This document shows positions 30,476 through 39,815 of a stretch of 64,000 nucleotides of DNA, piece by piece. The notes beneath the pieces are model-generated. The model did not search any database. It was not told the origin of the DNA and was given only the letters and a program-made list of their open reading frames with translations. The stretch comes from Terriglobia bacterium (GTDB taxonomy: Bacteria > Acidobacteriota > Terriglobia > JAJPHL01 > JAPKYU01). How positions within the stretch are numbered: the stretch's first letter is position 1; each line of letters opens with the position of its first letter. A program made the translations under genes and the position numbers. Location of the stretch: positions 768,001-832,000 of the forward strand of contig CBDCVK010000010.1 in NCBI GenBank assembly GCA_965223005.1, given 5' to 3'.

Positions 30476-31468
30476 ATGGATCCAAACGCTACCCTGAGAC
30501 ATAGAAGCCTTCGCCTGGGAGCAGGCGTCTGGCTCGCCGCGCTGCTGCTGGCCGGGCTTGTGCCTGGCGCCCCGGCGTCGCAACGAAAGCTGTCCATCAA
30601 AGTTGAAAAGAAGCCCAAACAAATCTCGCCCGGTTACGGCTCAAAACCCTTTGACGTCACACGCCATCTGATTCCCCTCCGGGATATTCAGGGCGGGGGG
30701 CCCCCGAGGGACGGCATTCCTGCGCTGGACTCTCCGAAGTTTGTCACGGTGGCACAGGCGGACCGGGTGCTGAGGGATTCCGACCTGGTGCTGGGGGTCG
30801 AATTCCAGGGCGTGGCCAAGGCCTACCCGATTCGCATCCTCAACTGGCATGAAATCGTGAACGACCAGGTGGGCCGGCAGCCGGCGCTGGTCACCTGGTG
30901 ACCGCTGGCCGGCGCGGGCGTCGTGTACGATCCGCTGATCCAGGGCCGACGGCACACCTTCGGCGTCTCCGGCCTGCTCTACAAGCGCAATGTGCTGATG
31001 TACGACAGGCAGACGGAAAGCCTGTGGTCGCAGCTGCTGGCTCGGGCGGCCACCGGTACTCTCACCGGAACCCTCCTCCGCCTGTTGCCTTCGGTACAGA
31101 CCACTTGGGGGAGCTGGAAGAAACAGCATCCCCGAACCCTGGTGCTGTCGTTCGACACCGGTCACCGGCGGGACTATTCCTGGGATCCGTTTGCAGAAGC
31201 TTCTTTGGACCGGAGGCCAGCTCTGGTCATCACCCTGAACGGGAAAACGAAAATCTATCCCTTTTCGCAGCTCAAGAAGCAGGTGAAGAAGACCGGCTCC
31301 CCGGTAACCGACCAGTTCGCCGGGAGGACCATCACTGTCGAATTCGATGCCAAAGACAAGACAGCCCGCGCCCGGGACGCGAGCGGCTCCCTAGTGCCGT
31401 CCTACGTGGCATTTCTGGCCAACGCGCGAGCCTTCTATCCGGACGCGCCCCGCTTCAAATCGAAGTGA
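30476..31468 (+). CDS. DUF3179 family selenoprotein candidate (in-frame UGA at 30899-30901)
   Basis: GGPPRDGIPALDSP, AYPIRILNWHEIVND, VTW-UGA-PLAG, FGVSGLLYKRN, DRQTESLWSQ. Track ORFs 30398..30901 and 30923..31468 share one frame. Confidence 0.88.
30914..30936 (+). promoter_or_regulatory. putative bacterial SECIS hairpin
   Basis: GCGG-GC-GTCG-TGTA-CGAT-CCGC stem-loop with G in the apical loop about 22 nt after UGA. Confidence 0.55.
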
Positions 31469-31524
31469 ATCCGGTGCCGTTACCCGGCACTCAGCCCCGG
31501 TACCCGCAGATGTAGCGCCGGACC

Positions 31525-32250
31525 CTACTTGCCGCCAAAGATTTCCCGGAACGCTTCCGCCAAGTCGCGAAGCGCGCTCTCCCCATCGCCTTCAAAGCTG
31601 GACCCGTGCATGATGGCGAGTTTCGTGGGCTTCAGGGCGGCCAGCTTTTGAAATATCTTGTCGGTGTAGTGAGTGTAGGGGGCGTAGTCGGCGAGAAAGC
31701 CCGCCTGGTACTCCTTCATCGCCTCGCGCGATCGCCCCACCACGTCGGACCTCGTCAGAGGCTCGACTTTGCCCACCTGATGGAACAGGTCCGAGCATAG
31801 CAACGTCTTCGTTGTTTCCTCAAACAGCAAGGCGGCGTCCCAGCCGTGGGGCAGGTGCGGCGTCCGGCATAGGCGAAAGCGGCGCTTTCCGGTGGGCAAC
31901 ACTTCTCCCTCGGTCATCCCCCGGGGTGGCCGGATCGAGAAGTCAGTCAGACTTACCGCTGCCCCCAGATCGCTGCAGACGGGTTGGGCCTTGGGGGCTA
32001 GCTCCAGCCATTGGTTCAAGGCGCCGCATTCATCCGATTCAAAGTGGCTGAACCCTATCCAACGAATCTCTGACGGATCCATAACGCTTGCCACTGCCTC
32101 GCGTAAATCCGGGAACATCCCCTTGAAGCCCGCGTGGAACAGCAGCGGCTCATCGTCGAGGACAAGGAAGTGGTTGAACTGAAGGTTGAACTGCTCCACA
32201 AAAGCTGAGATGCGATACAGATCTGGCCCGATTTCACTCACATGTGCCAT
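31525..32250 (-). CDS. stand-alone FprA/ODP-like MBL-fold metalloprotein
   Basis: [30 protein letters not shown]. Confidence 0.8.
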   Translation of the reverse strand: MAHVSEIGPDLYRISAFVEQFNLQFNHFLVLDDEPLLFHAGFKGMFPDLREAVASVMDPSEIRWIGFSHFESDECGALNQWLELAPKAQPVCSDLGAAVSLTDFSIRPPRGMTEGEVLPTGKRRFRLCRTPHLPHGWDAALLFEETTKTLLCSDLFHQVGKVEPLTRSDVVGRSREAMKEYQAGFLADYAPYTHYTDKIFQKLAALKPTKLAIMHGSSFEGDGESALRDLAEAFREIFGGK

Positions 32251-32305
32251 GCTGTCTCTCCTTGTTTAGGAAATCGTTCGGATAACTTCTCGCTGTCCGG
32301 AACCC

Positions 32306-33307
32306 CTACGTTATCTGTCGGCGCCTGCGAAGTTCGTCCATGGCCACGGCCGCGACGATAACGACTCCAATGAGCACCTGCTGCCAAAATGGTGAGACGC
32401 CGAGCAGATTGCTACCGTTGGACATGAGGCTCATCAAGAACGCTCCCGCGATGGTGCCAGCAACAGACCCTTCACCTCCCGATAAGCTTGCTCCGCCGAT
32501 GATCACGGCGGCAATGACAGACAGCTCGTAACCTTGCCCGGCTGTAGGTTGACCGGTCATCAGCCGCGAGAACTCAATCATTCCGGCCAGCCCTGTCGCC
32601 GCGCCAGCAAAGATGTAGATAGCGATCAGAAACCGACGGACGGGAATACCAGCATAACGTGCTGCCTCGACATTGCTGCCGATTGCGTAAGCGTAGCGCC
32701 CCAGGCGGGTGTACTTCAGAATGAACCCGGTTAACAATGCGAGGGCAGCCAGGATCACTAGAGGCACCGGAACGACCCCCAGAAAATTGCCATCTCCAAG
32801 CCGGCCGAAAGACGCCGGCAGATTCACCACAGGCAAACTACCCGTGATCACCAGGGTGAGGCCTCGCGCGACACCCATCGTGCCCAATGTGGCAATGAAT
32901 GGACTGACTTTAAGCACCGTGATGAGCAGGGAATTTACCAGGCCCCACGCGGCGCCAGCCAGCATTGCGCCCAAGATGGAGGGTAGAAAGGGGACCCCCA
33001 TCTGGAGCAGCATTGTGCCGCAAATTCCTGCGAAAGCCATGACCGATCCGACGGAGAGATCGATGCCACCCGAGATGATGATCAACGTCATGCCCAACGC
33101 CATGATATTGATGACGGCAGTCTGGCGGCAGACCGTCGATAGGTTTTGAATTGTGAGGAAATAGGGCGACAGAATCGAAAGAGTGATGAACAGGACCGCC
33201 ACGCTAGCGAACGGAAGCATGCGCTCCAGCCATCCGCGCTGCGTGGCGTGTTTACGAAGCTTAGGCCCAACAGATGTCACTGCGGTCTCGACCGGTAGGT
33301 TGTCCAT
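32306..33307 (-). CDS. sugar ABC permease (RbsC family)
   Basis: GGIDLSVGS, IGSNVEAARYAGI, AAVIIGGASLSGG. Confidence 0.93.
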   Translation of the reverse strand: MDNLPVETAVTSVGPKLRKHATQRGWLERMLPFASVAVLFITLSILSPYFLTIQNLSTVCRQTAVINIMALGMTLIIISGGIDLSVGSVMAFAGICGTMLLQMGVPFLPSILGAMLAGAAWGLVNSLLITVLKVSPFIATLGTMGVARGLTLVITGSLPVVNLPASFGRLGDGNFLGVVPVPLVILAALALLTGFILKYTRLGRYAYAIGSNVEAARYAGIPVRRFLIAIYIFAGAATGLAGMIEFSRLMTGQPTAGQGYELSVIAAVIIGGASLSGGEGSVAGTIAGAFLMSLMSNGSNLLGVSPFWQQVLIGVVIVAAVAMDELRRRRQIT

Positions 33308-33373
33308 GTGCTAGAAACTCACAGTTGGATCGGTCTTTGTGCCTGCGAGTTACCTTACTAATTCCGTTGCCAG

Positions 33374-34912
33374 CTACTCTTGCCCCAGCGCTGCGTAGCG
33401 CATGATCTCTTCCTGTGTCGTCTGGGCTGTTGCTAGCTCTTTGACCAAACGACCGTTACGCATGACAAGAACTCGGTCTGTCATGCCCAGGATCTCTGGC
33501 AACTCCGAGGAAATGATCAGAATCGCAGCGCCAGCTCCAGCCAGCTGGTTCATGATGCGATAGATTTCCGTCTTGGCGCCAACATCCACTCCGCGAGTAG
33601 GCTCGTCGAAAAGAAAAATTCGACCCTGCCGAAAGAGCCACTTGGCCAGGACAATTTTTTGCTGGTTGCCGCCGCTCAACCGGTTGACCTTCTGGGCTAG
33701 GGAAGCTGCGCGAATCCGCAAACGGTCTAACAATTGCCGCGCTACCTGCTCTTCCTTCTTGAGATTAATGAGCCCCTTGCGAGTTATGCCGGACATATTC
33801 GCGAGGGTAATATTTTTCGCGACGCCGAGGTTTAGTGTGAGGCCCGTCCGTTTCCGATCCTCTGTAATGAGCGCCAGGCCGTAACGGATCGCGTCCTGCG
33901 GGGAGCGGATGGTGGCTTGCTCACCATGGATGAAGATTTGGCCGTCGACCGGTGGCGCCACCCCAAATATTGCTTCCGCCAGCTCGGTTCGACCTGCCCC
34001 AGTCAGTCCGGCGAGACCAACAATTTCTCCCTCGCGGACGCCAAAACTGACATTTACGAAACTCCTTGGGCAGGTCAGGTTGTGAACTTCCAGTGCGAGC
34101 TTCCCTCGCTGGGAGCTACGAGGTGGAAAGAAATCCTTTAATTCACGTCCAACTAAAGCGCGAATCAGCTCCCCGAAATCCTGGCGTGGCATGGCGCCTT
34201 CGTGAACTGTTTCACCGTCACGCAGGACTGTGGTGCGATCAGCGATCTGTGCGAGTTCCTCCAAACGGTGTGTCACGAAAATGACAGCAGTCCCGTGCTC
34301 TTTCAACCTCTGGACGACGCGAAATAACTCTTCTACCTCTCGGGATGAAAGCGATGAGGTCGGTTCGTCCATGATTACGAGGCGTGTAGCCCGGATGACG
34401 GCTCGGGCAATTTCGACCAATTGCCTTTGGGCCGGGCGCAAGCGACGAACCTGTATTTGCGGATCCAAGTCGAACCCAATCCGCTTGAGCGAGTCCCGGG
34501 TTTCGGAGAGTTCTCGTGTACGATCAATGATTCTGAATGGCCGGCCGAATCGGGTCGGTTCGTGGCCGAGGAATAAGTTCTCGGCCACGGTCAGATGGGG
34601 CGCCAGGTTCAGTTCTTGGTGGATCATTGTGATGCCCAGGCGCTCCGCATCGCCTCGAGAGGCGAGTGGGGTCAGCTCCTCTAGCCAGCGAATTTCGCCG
34701 CTGTCCCGTGGCACTTCGCCCCCGAGGATCTTGACCAGTGTGGACTTGCCGGCACCGTTTTCACCGACTAGCCCGTGAATCTCTCCCAATGCGACATGGA
34801 GACCGGCCTGTTTCAGGACTGGAACTCCTCCGTAGGACTTGTCGATTCCTCGGAGCTCCACAAGGGACGACGAAGGTTGGGAGACGATGCTGGGGACCCC
34901 ATCGAGCGGCAT
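33374..34912 (-). CDS. sugar ABC ATP-binding protein (RbsA family, two NBDs)
   Basis: GENGAGKST, MDEPTSSL, LSGGNQQK, DEPTRGVDVGAK. Confidence 0.95.
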   Translation of the reverse strand: MPLDGVPSIVSQPSSSLVELRGIDKSYGGVPVLKQAGLHVALGEIHGLVGENGAGKSTLVKILGGEVPRDSGEIRWLEELTPLASRGDAERLGITMIHQELNLAPHLTVAENLFLGHEPTRFGRPFRIIDRTRELSETRDSLKRIGFDLDPQIQVRRLRPAQRQLVEIARAVIRATRLVIMDEPTSSLSSREVEELFRVVQRLKEHGTAVIFVTHRLEELAQIADRTTVLRDGETVHEGAMPRQDFGELIRALVGRELKDFFPPRSSQRGKLALEVHNLTCPRSFVNVSFGVREGEIVGLAGLTGAGRTELAEAIFGVAPPVDGQIFIHGEQATIRSPQDAIRYGLALITEDRKRTGLTLNLGVAKNITLANMSGITRKGLINLKKEEQVARQLLDRLRIRAASLAQKVNRLSGGNQQKIVLAKWLFRQGRIFLFDEPTRGVDVGAKTEIYRIMNQLAGAGAAILIISSELPEILGMTDRVLVMRNGRLVKELATAQTTQEEIMRYAALGQE

Positions 34913-34920
34913 GTGAAAAT

Positions 34921-35928
34921 CTATTCCTTCAGGTAACGCTCAATGTCAGGATTGACCAAACGTTGAATTTTGGAATCATCAAGATTCTCGCGGGTAACCA
35001 GCGTGGGGGGTAGGTCGGTTCGTTTCGGTGGCTCGCGGCCGGCGCGGTAGTCGATAAGCGTCTTCAAGCCCAGGTATCCCATTTGAAAGGGGTCCTGCAA
35101 GACGAGCGAGTCGATGGTTCCGGCTCGCAGATCGTCTAGCAAGCTGGGAGAAGAGTCGAAGCCCACAATCTTTACCTTACCGGCCAATCCCCGTCCCTTA
35201 ACAGCCTGGGCTGCTCCAACCGTACTCGACTCGTTTGAAGCGAAAATGCCCTCGAGTGCGGGATGGGCTGTCAGGATATCTTCGGTCACAGTGAGGGAGC
35301 GTGCGTATTCCGCCATGCCGTATTGCCAAGCTACAAGCTTGATGTCCGGAGACTCCTTCTGGAGCGTATCCTGGAATCCCTTCTCGCGTTCCAGGGTAGA
35401 AGCTGCGCCGGGCATGACTGCGATCATCGCCACTCTGCCCCGCCCACCAAGGATCTTAGCCAGACGACGTGCCCCCATCACTCCACCGGCATAGTTGTCT
35501 GTGGCGATAAAAGAAACATAGTCCTCTGTTTGGGCTCGCGAATCGAAGATGGTGAGAGGGATGCCAGCTCGGTGAGCACGCTGGATGGCCGGTACAAGAG
35601 CCTCCTGTTCGCTCGGAGCGAGCAGGATGCCGTCGACCCGACGGTTGATAAAGGCATCTATGATGGCGATTTGTTTTGTGAAGTCTGTTTCCAATGCTGG
35701 CCCATTCCAGGCGATATCCACACCTGACTCTCGTGACGCGGCCACCGCCCCAGCGTGCACAGATTGCCAGAAGACATGGGACTGGCCCTTAGGTATGACT
35801 GCGTACAGTGGTTGCTCACGTGTCTTACACGCGGGGAGTAGAAGAACGCATAGAAGCAGCAAAGCTTGGAACGCGCGGGCACTGATCTTTGGGAATAGAG
35901 GGCGTGAGAAGACGCTCAAATCCTTCAT
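34921..35928 (-). CDS. sugar ABC substrate-binding lipoprotein (RbsB family)
   Basis: Lipobox LPAC; FWQSVHAGA, ATDNYAGG, VGFD, QDPFQMGY. Confidence 0.92.
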   Translation of the reverse strand: MKDLSVFSRPLFPKISARAFQALLLLCVLLLPACKTREQPLYAVIPKGQSHVFWQSVHAGAVAASRESGVDIAWNGPALETDFTKQIAIIDAFINRRVDGILLAPSEQEALVPAIQRAHRAGIPLTIFDSRAQTEDYVSFIATDNYAGGVMGARRLAKILGGRGRVAMIAVMPGAASTLEREKGFQDTLQKESPDIKLVAWQYGMAEYARSLTVTEDILTAHPALEGIFASNESSTVGAAQAVKGRGLAGKVKIVGFDSSPSLLDDLRAGTIDSLVLQDPFQMGYLGLKTLIDYRAGREPPKRTDLPPTLVTRENLDDSKIQRLVNPDIERYLKE

Positions 35929-36066
35929 GCGAGATTCGGCCGTGCGGCTGTTTGCTCCGGCGAGGTGTCAGGCGCCCGCTCTTGCCTGCGACCAAAGAAA
36001 GGATACATCCTCTCCGGTCGCCCTGTGCCTCAAGCTCAGATCCGGCCTACAAAGCTTGAGCTTTTA

Positions 36067-36849
36067 TCAATCAGCGAAAATCCTTGAGGTTTCCACGAGG
36101 GATCTGGTCTGCTGCTGGAACAAGTCCGTCAGCACTAAGAAAGGTTCGACCGCAGCGCGTGATAAAACGTCGCGGCAGAATACAATCATGACGACGATCT
36201 GACCACTCGCGTAGGCGCCGCCAGTGCCAAAGACAGTTTTCACTTTGTAGGTGGACACAAAGTCCTGTTCTGGAATGATCTTTCGGCCTTTGTGATCGCT
36301 TGCACGGGCAGCGTCCTCCACGAAGAACAAACCAAACGAACGCCCCACTGTCGCTGTTATGATTGCTGAGTCGTGGCTGTCAACCCACTGCAAGGGTACT
36401 CCAAGGTCCTTGAGCAGGCGGGAGATCATTTGAATACCGTCCACGAAAGCTGATGAAATCAGCGGTATTCCCATACGCCTTTTGGACAGGCCTCGATCGT
36501 TCCAGTCTGATTCTTGGCCGTGAGTCCCCGCGAGTGAGAGAACAGGAGTCGTGGCTTTTAACTCAGTGGCGGCGCCAGCCGACCCAGCCAGACTACGGAC
36601 AAACTGTTCGTTCCTCAATGGCAACGCGAGGAAGGGCACTGTAACAAATACACGGGCGAGAACGATCGATTTATAAAACTGGGTATGCAGCGCCGTAGCC
36701 AGCTCCTGCGCGGCATCCTCCATGCAGTTCGACTGTTGTATTCGTGGTGAAGTCTTTACCCAAAGCTGCAAAATCGAGGCGTGGCCCTCGGCCAGCCCGG
36801 CGCCAGCCAGTGCATGGCTCGGATCTTGGAAGTTCATGCGCTGCAACAT
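36067..36849 (-). CDS. hypothetical protein, possibly 5'-truncated by the IS
   Basis: 260-aa ORF; the frame stays open upstream (SDPRFEEM) to the IS end at 36872 with no clear SD. Confidence 0.6.
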   Translation of the reverse strand: MLQRMNFQDPSHALAGAGLAEGHASILQLWVKTSPRIQQSNCMEDAAQELATALHTQFYKSIVLARVFVTVPFLALPLRNEQFVRSLAGSAGAATELKATTPVLSLAGTHGQESDWNDRGLSKRRMGIPLISSAFVDGIQMISRLLKDLGVPLQWVDSHDSAIITATVGRSFGLFFVEDAARASDHKGRKIIPEQDFVSTYKVKTVFGTGGAYASGQIVVMIVFCRDVLSRAAVEPFLVLTDLFQQQTRSLVETSRIFAD

Positions 36850-36913
36850 CTCTTCAAAGCGGGGGTCGGAGTGTCAAGGACTGATTTCTTTAGACACTGA
36901 TTCTGAGAGTTTT

Positions 36914-37715
36914 TTACGCGACTAACGCATACCGTTTGGCGAATACCACAGGCGGCATGTTGAGCGCGGAGTGAATCCGCGTGTTGTTGTAGTCCCACAG
37001 AGTGCGGTAGATCTCCGCCACTAGCTCCCCCAGTGTTTTGAAGCGGTTCGGATCTCCCAGGTCAACCTTGAATTTGTCGTAGAACGATTCCTGGTATCCG
37101 TTCTCCCAAGGGCACCCCGGGCGGCTCCGTGAAATCACGATGCCGCATCCATCAAGGATTTCAGTGAACGCCATCGAGTCATACTCCCTCCCGTTGTCGG
37201 AGTGGAATAGACCCGGGCGCGGATGATGGAGCAGGGCGTTGGAAAGCGCCTGAATGGTGAGCGCGGCTCCCTTTCTCACCGCAACCTGGATTCCCAGGAT
37301 CCGGCGGGTGTAGAGATCGATCACGGTCGCCACATAGACCTTCTTTCCGTGCTGCACGAACTCGGTGAAGTCCGTTGCCCAGATGTGGTTTGCATATGCG
37401 GGCATGACCGCGAGCAGGAGGTTGGGATAGGTCCGGGAAACCTTGGATTTTCTCCATTTTCTGCCTCTCCTGCGGTAGGGCTTGATGCCAAACAGACGCA
37501 TGACCCTCTGCGCCCGCTGGCGGCAGAGTCCCAGTGCCGTAGCAATTCGCCGGGAGCCGTAGGAGGGATGGATCTGCAGCTCTTCTTCCAGGCGGACCTT
37601 GAGGCGCCAGTCCTTCTCCTTCATTCTTGGGACGTAATACAGGCTCGCGCGGGATATGCCAAGGGCTCGGGCAAGCGCTGATTTGTTTCTTCCTTCGCTC
37701 AATTGTTTTTTTGAG
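36914..37715 (-). CDS. IS3 OrfB DDE transposase domain (-1 frame of orfA)
   Basis: WATDFT, VIDLYTRRI, FHSDNGREY, CPWENGYQESF, YNNTRIHSAL; A7C slippery run at the orfA end. Confidence 0.9.
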
Positions 37716-37959
37716 TCATGGAGAGCTTGAGCGTGATCTCGCCCACGAGTTCCAGGAGTTCTCTGTTCTGCTTCTGAAGTCGGGAGAACTCCGCCCCGGA
37801 CGGGGCACCGGTTGCTCCTTTTACCATCCAACCATAGATGGTCCCTTCAGAAATACCGTGATCCTTGGCGGCCTGGGCCACCGAGATGCCTTCTTCCTTG
37901 ACGCGGCGTAGGATATCGGCTTTTACGTCAGCTGCAATACGATGATGTTTTTTGTTCAT
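37699..37959 (-). CDS. IS3 OrfA HTH protein
   Basis: SVAQAAKDHGISEGTIYGW followed by a coiled coil (LQKQNRELLELVG). Confidence 0.88.
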   Translation of the reverse strand: MNKKHHRIAADVKADILRRVKEEGISVAQAAKDHGISEGTIYGWMVKGATGAPSGAEFSRLQKQNRELLELVGEITLKLSMTQKNN

Positions 37960-38018
37960 ATGACACCAGGGTAGTTAATTCCCAACCTCAGTGTCTAAAT
38001 TACCCAGTCCAGGGCAGG

Positions 38019-39590
38019 TTATCCATCCCTGAGCAATTGCGGGAGATTCGTCTTTATGCTGAGAAACAGGACATTCAGATCGTTGCTGAGTACTTGGAGG
38101 CCGCGAGTGCCTTTCAAAAAAACGGTAAGCGGACCGAATTCTACCGGATGCTTGCCCAGGCGAAGGCCGATCCCCAGGTGTCTTTGATTCTGGTGCATGA
38201 CTTTTCCCGGTTCTCCCGCGATAGCCTTCAAGCGAAGTCCTTAGTTCGAGAACTTCGTGAATCGGGAATCCGAGTTGTTTCCTTGAATGATCCTGAGTTC
38301 GATCCTGAATCCGTGGTTGGCGTCTACATGGAGGCCATCACCTTTGCGAAGAACGAGGCGTATTCGCGAGAGGTAGCTTTTCACACCAGGAAGGGCTGCA
38401 GGGCGAACGTTCAGACTCGAGATCCAGAGACCGGCTGGTGCTACAAGAACGGCGGTCAGCCACTTTGGGGGTACCGGTATGAGCGATTGGTTCGCGGGAA
38501 CAGCAAGAAGGGTGAGATTCACAAGAGCATCTGGGTCTTGGATGACACCGTTGTGAACGGTCGCCCGGTGCATGCATGGGCACGATACTGTCTTGTGGAA
38601 CTAGCCGCAAAGGGTGCTTCTCTGAGCGAGCTGCGTGACTTCTGCAACAAAAGTGGGATTCCTGGCCGACGAAAGCCCTACTGGTCTACATTCACTTGGA
38701 ATGCGATCCTGCAACCCAGCGTTTTGCTTCAGTACCTCGGCTACGGCGTCTGGAACGTCCGCAAGAAGAATGGCCAGGAGAAACCGTCGTCGGAATGGGT
38801 GATCGTTGATAATGCGCATCCGGCGCTCTTGAGCCAGGAGGAGGTCCTAGCGATTGGCTCCGCCCGTAAGAAGCAACGGGAGAAACGGTTCGATGCTGGT
38901 TACGGCAAGAGCCGGATTACAACCTATTTGCTCAGCGGTGGCCTGTTCAAGTGCGGACGTTGTGGCGGGAACATGATTGGTCTCCACAGGGACGGACGTT
39001 ACTACTATGTTTGCGGAAGCGAGCCATATCGGCGGGGAATCGGTTGCGGGCCAGGCGTTTATGTTCCGAAGCAGCAGGTGGAGTCAGAAGCCATCGGAGG
39101 CTTGCAGCGCCTTCTCAGCGTATGTACCAACCCCCAGGGGTTTACTCGCAAAGTGAACCAAGAACTTCGACGGATCTGGCAAGCCTCAACCGGCTTTGAC
39201 CCCCATGCCGAATGCAAGGTGGTTGCTATTGACTCGAAGATCGCCAATATCCACCGAGCCATCGAAGAAGGACTACAAGATGCTGACTGGGCCAACGAGA
39301 GGCTTTGCGAGTTGGTGGCGGAAAGGAAGGCGTTGACGGCTGCGCGAACGGCAATCGGCTCGCCTCCACAGATCGACGTCGAGACTGCCCTAGAATACCG
39401 CCGGGATCTAGGGAAGCTCCTACGCTACGGGGAGCCCCTTGAGCGGAAGCGTTTCCTTCGAACCTGGATCCAGGAAGCAAGGCTGAGCCCCGAAAGCCTG
39501 GAAGTTGAGATCACCTTTCAGATGCCGGGGAACATTATGGAAGGAGTGGTTGCGGGGGTTGGATTTGAACCAACGACCTTTGGGTTATGA
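38019..39590 (+). pseudogene. large serine recombinase lacking the N-terminal catalytic motif
   Basis: Begins LSIPEQLREI at the IS end; HDFSRFSRD, recombinase domain (HPALLS), zinc ribbon (CGRCG...YYVC...C) and coiled coil; no YxRxS motif. Confidence 0.85.
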
Positions 39591-39591
39591 G
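39547..39591 (-). repeat. att-like duplicate of the tRNA-Met 3' 45 bp
   Basis: TGGTTGCGGGGGTTGGATTTGAACCAACGACCTTTGGGTTATGAG is identical to 46138-46182. Confidence 0.95.
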
Positions 39592-39815
39592 TTTAACCCC
39601 TTTTGGCTAAGTTATTCATTTCGCGGTACGCATAGCAATGTTGAGGAAGCTTCAGGAAGGCTTGGAAACCCTTATCGAACCCTAATCGAACCCAAGAACT
39701 CCCCCGCTCCTAGTCCAGTTTCGGAAGTTGAACTACCTGCTTAGGCATCTTAACAAGGCTCCGTTGAGGACCTCCGTCTCGGCGTACTGTGGGAAAGGTC
39801 GGGCGCAAGCCTCGG

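Larger units (their letters stand above)
36872..38016 (-). mobile_element. IS3 family insertion sequence (1145 bp)
   Basis: TG...CA ends with imperfect IRs TGTCAAGGACTGATTTCTTTAGACACTGA and TGCCCTGGACTGGGTAATTTAGACACTGA; orfA/orfB; no target duplication visible. Confidence 0.92.

Noticed and set aside
30898-31515. Frameshift or separate-gene explanation for the DUF3179 split
   Set aside because: The two halves are in the same frame, separated only by TGA; the 30898 ORF is a shadow frame.
39547-39591. Second tRNA-Met gene
   Set aside because: Only the 3' 45 nt are present; the D arm and 5' acceptor strand are missing.
39700-39815. attC site after the CNNM gene
   Set aside because: No matched RYYYAAC/GTTRRRY pair with the internal palindrome was found by eye.
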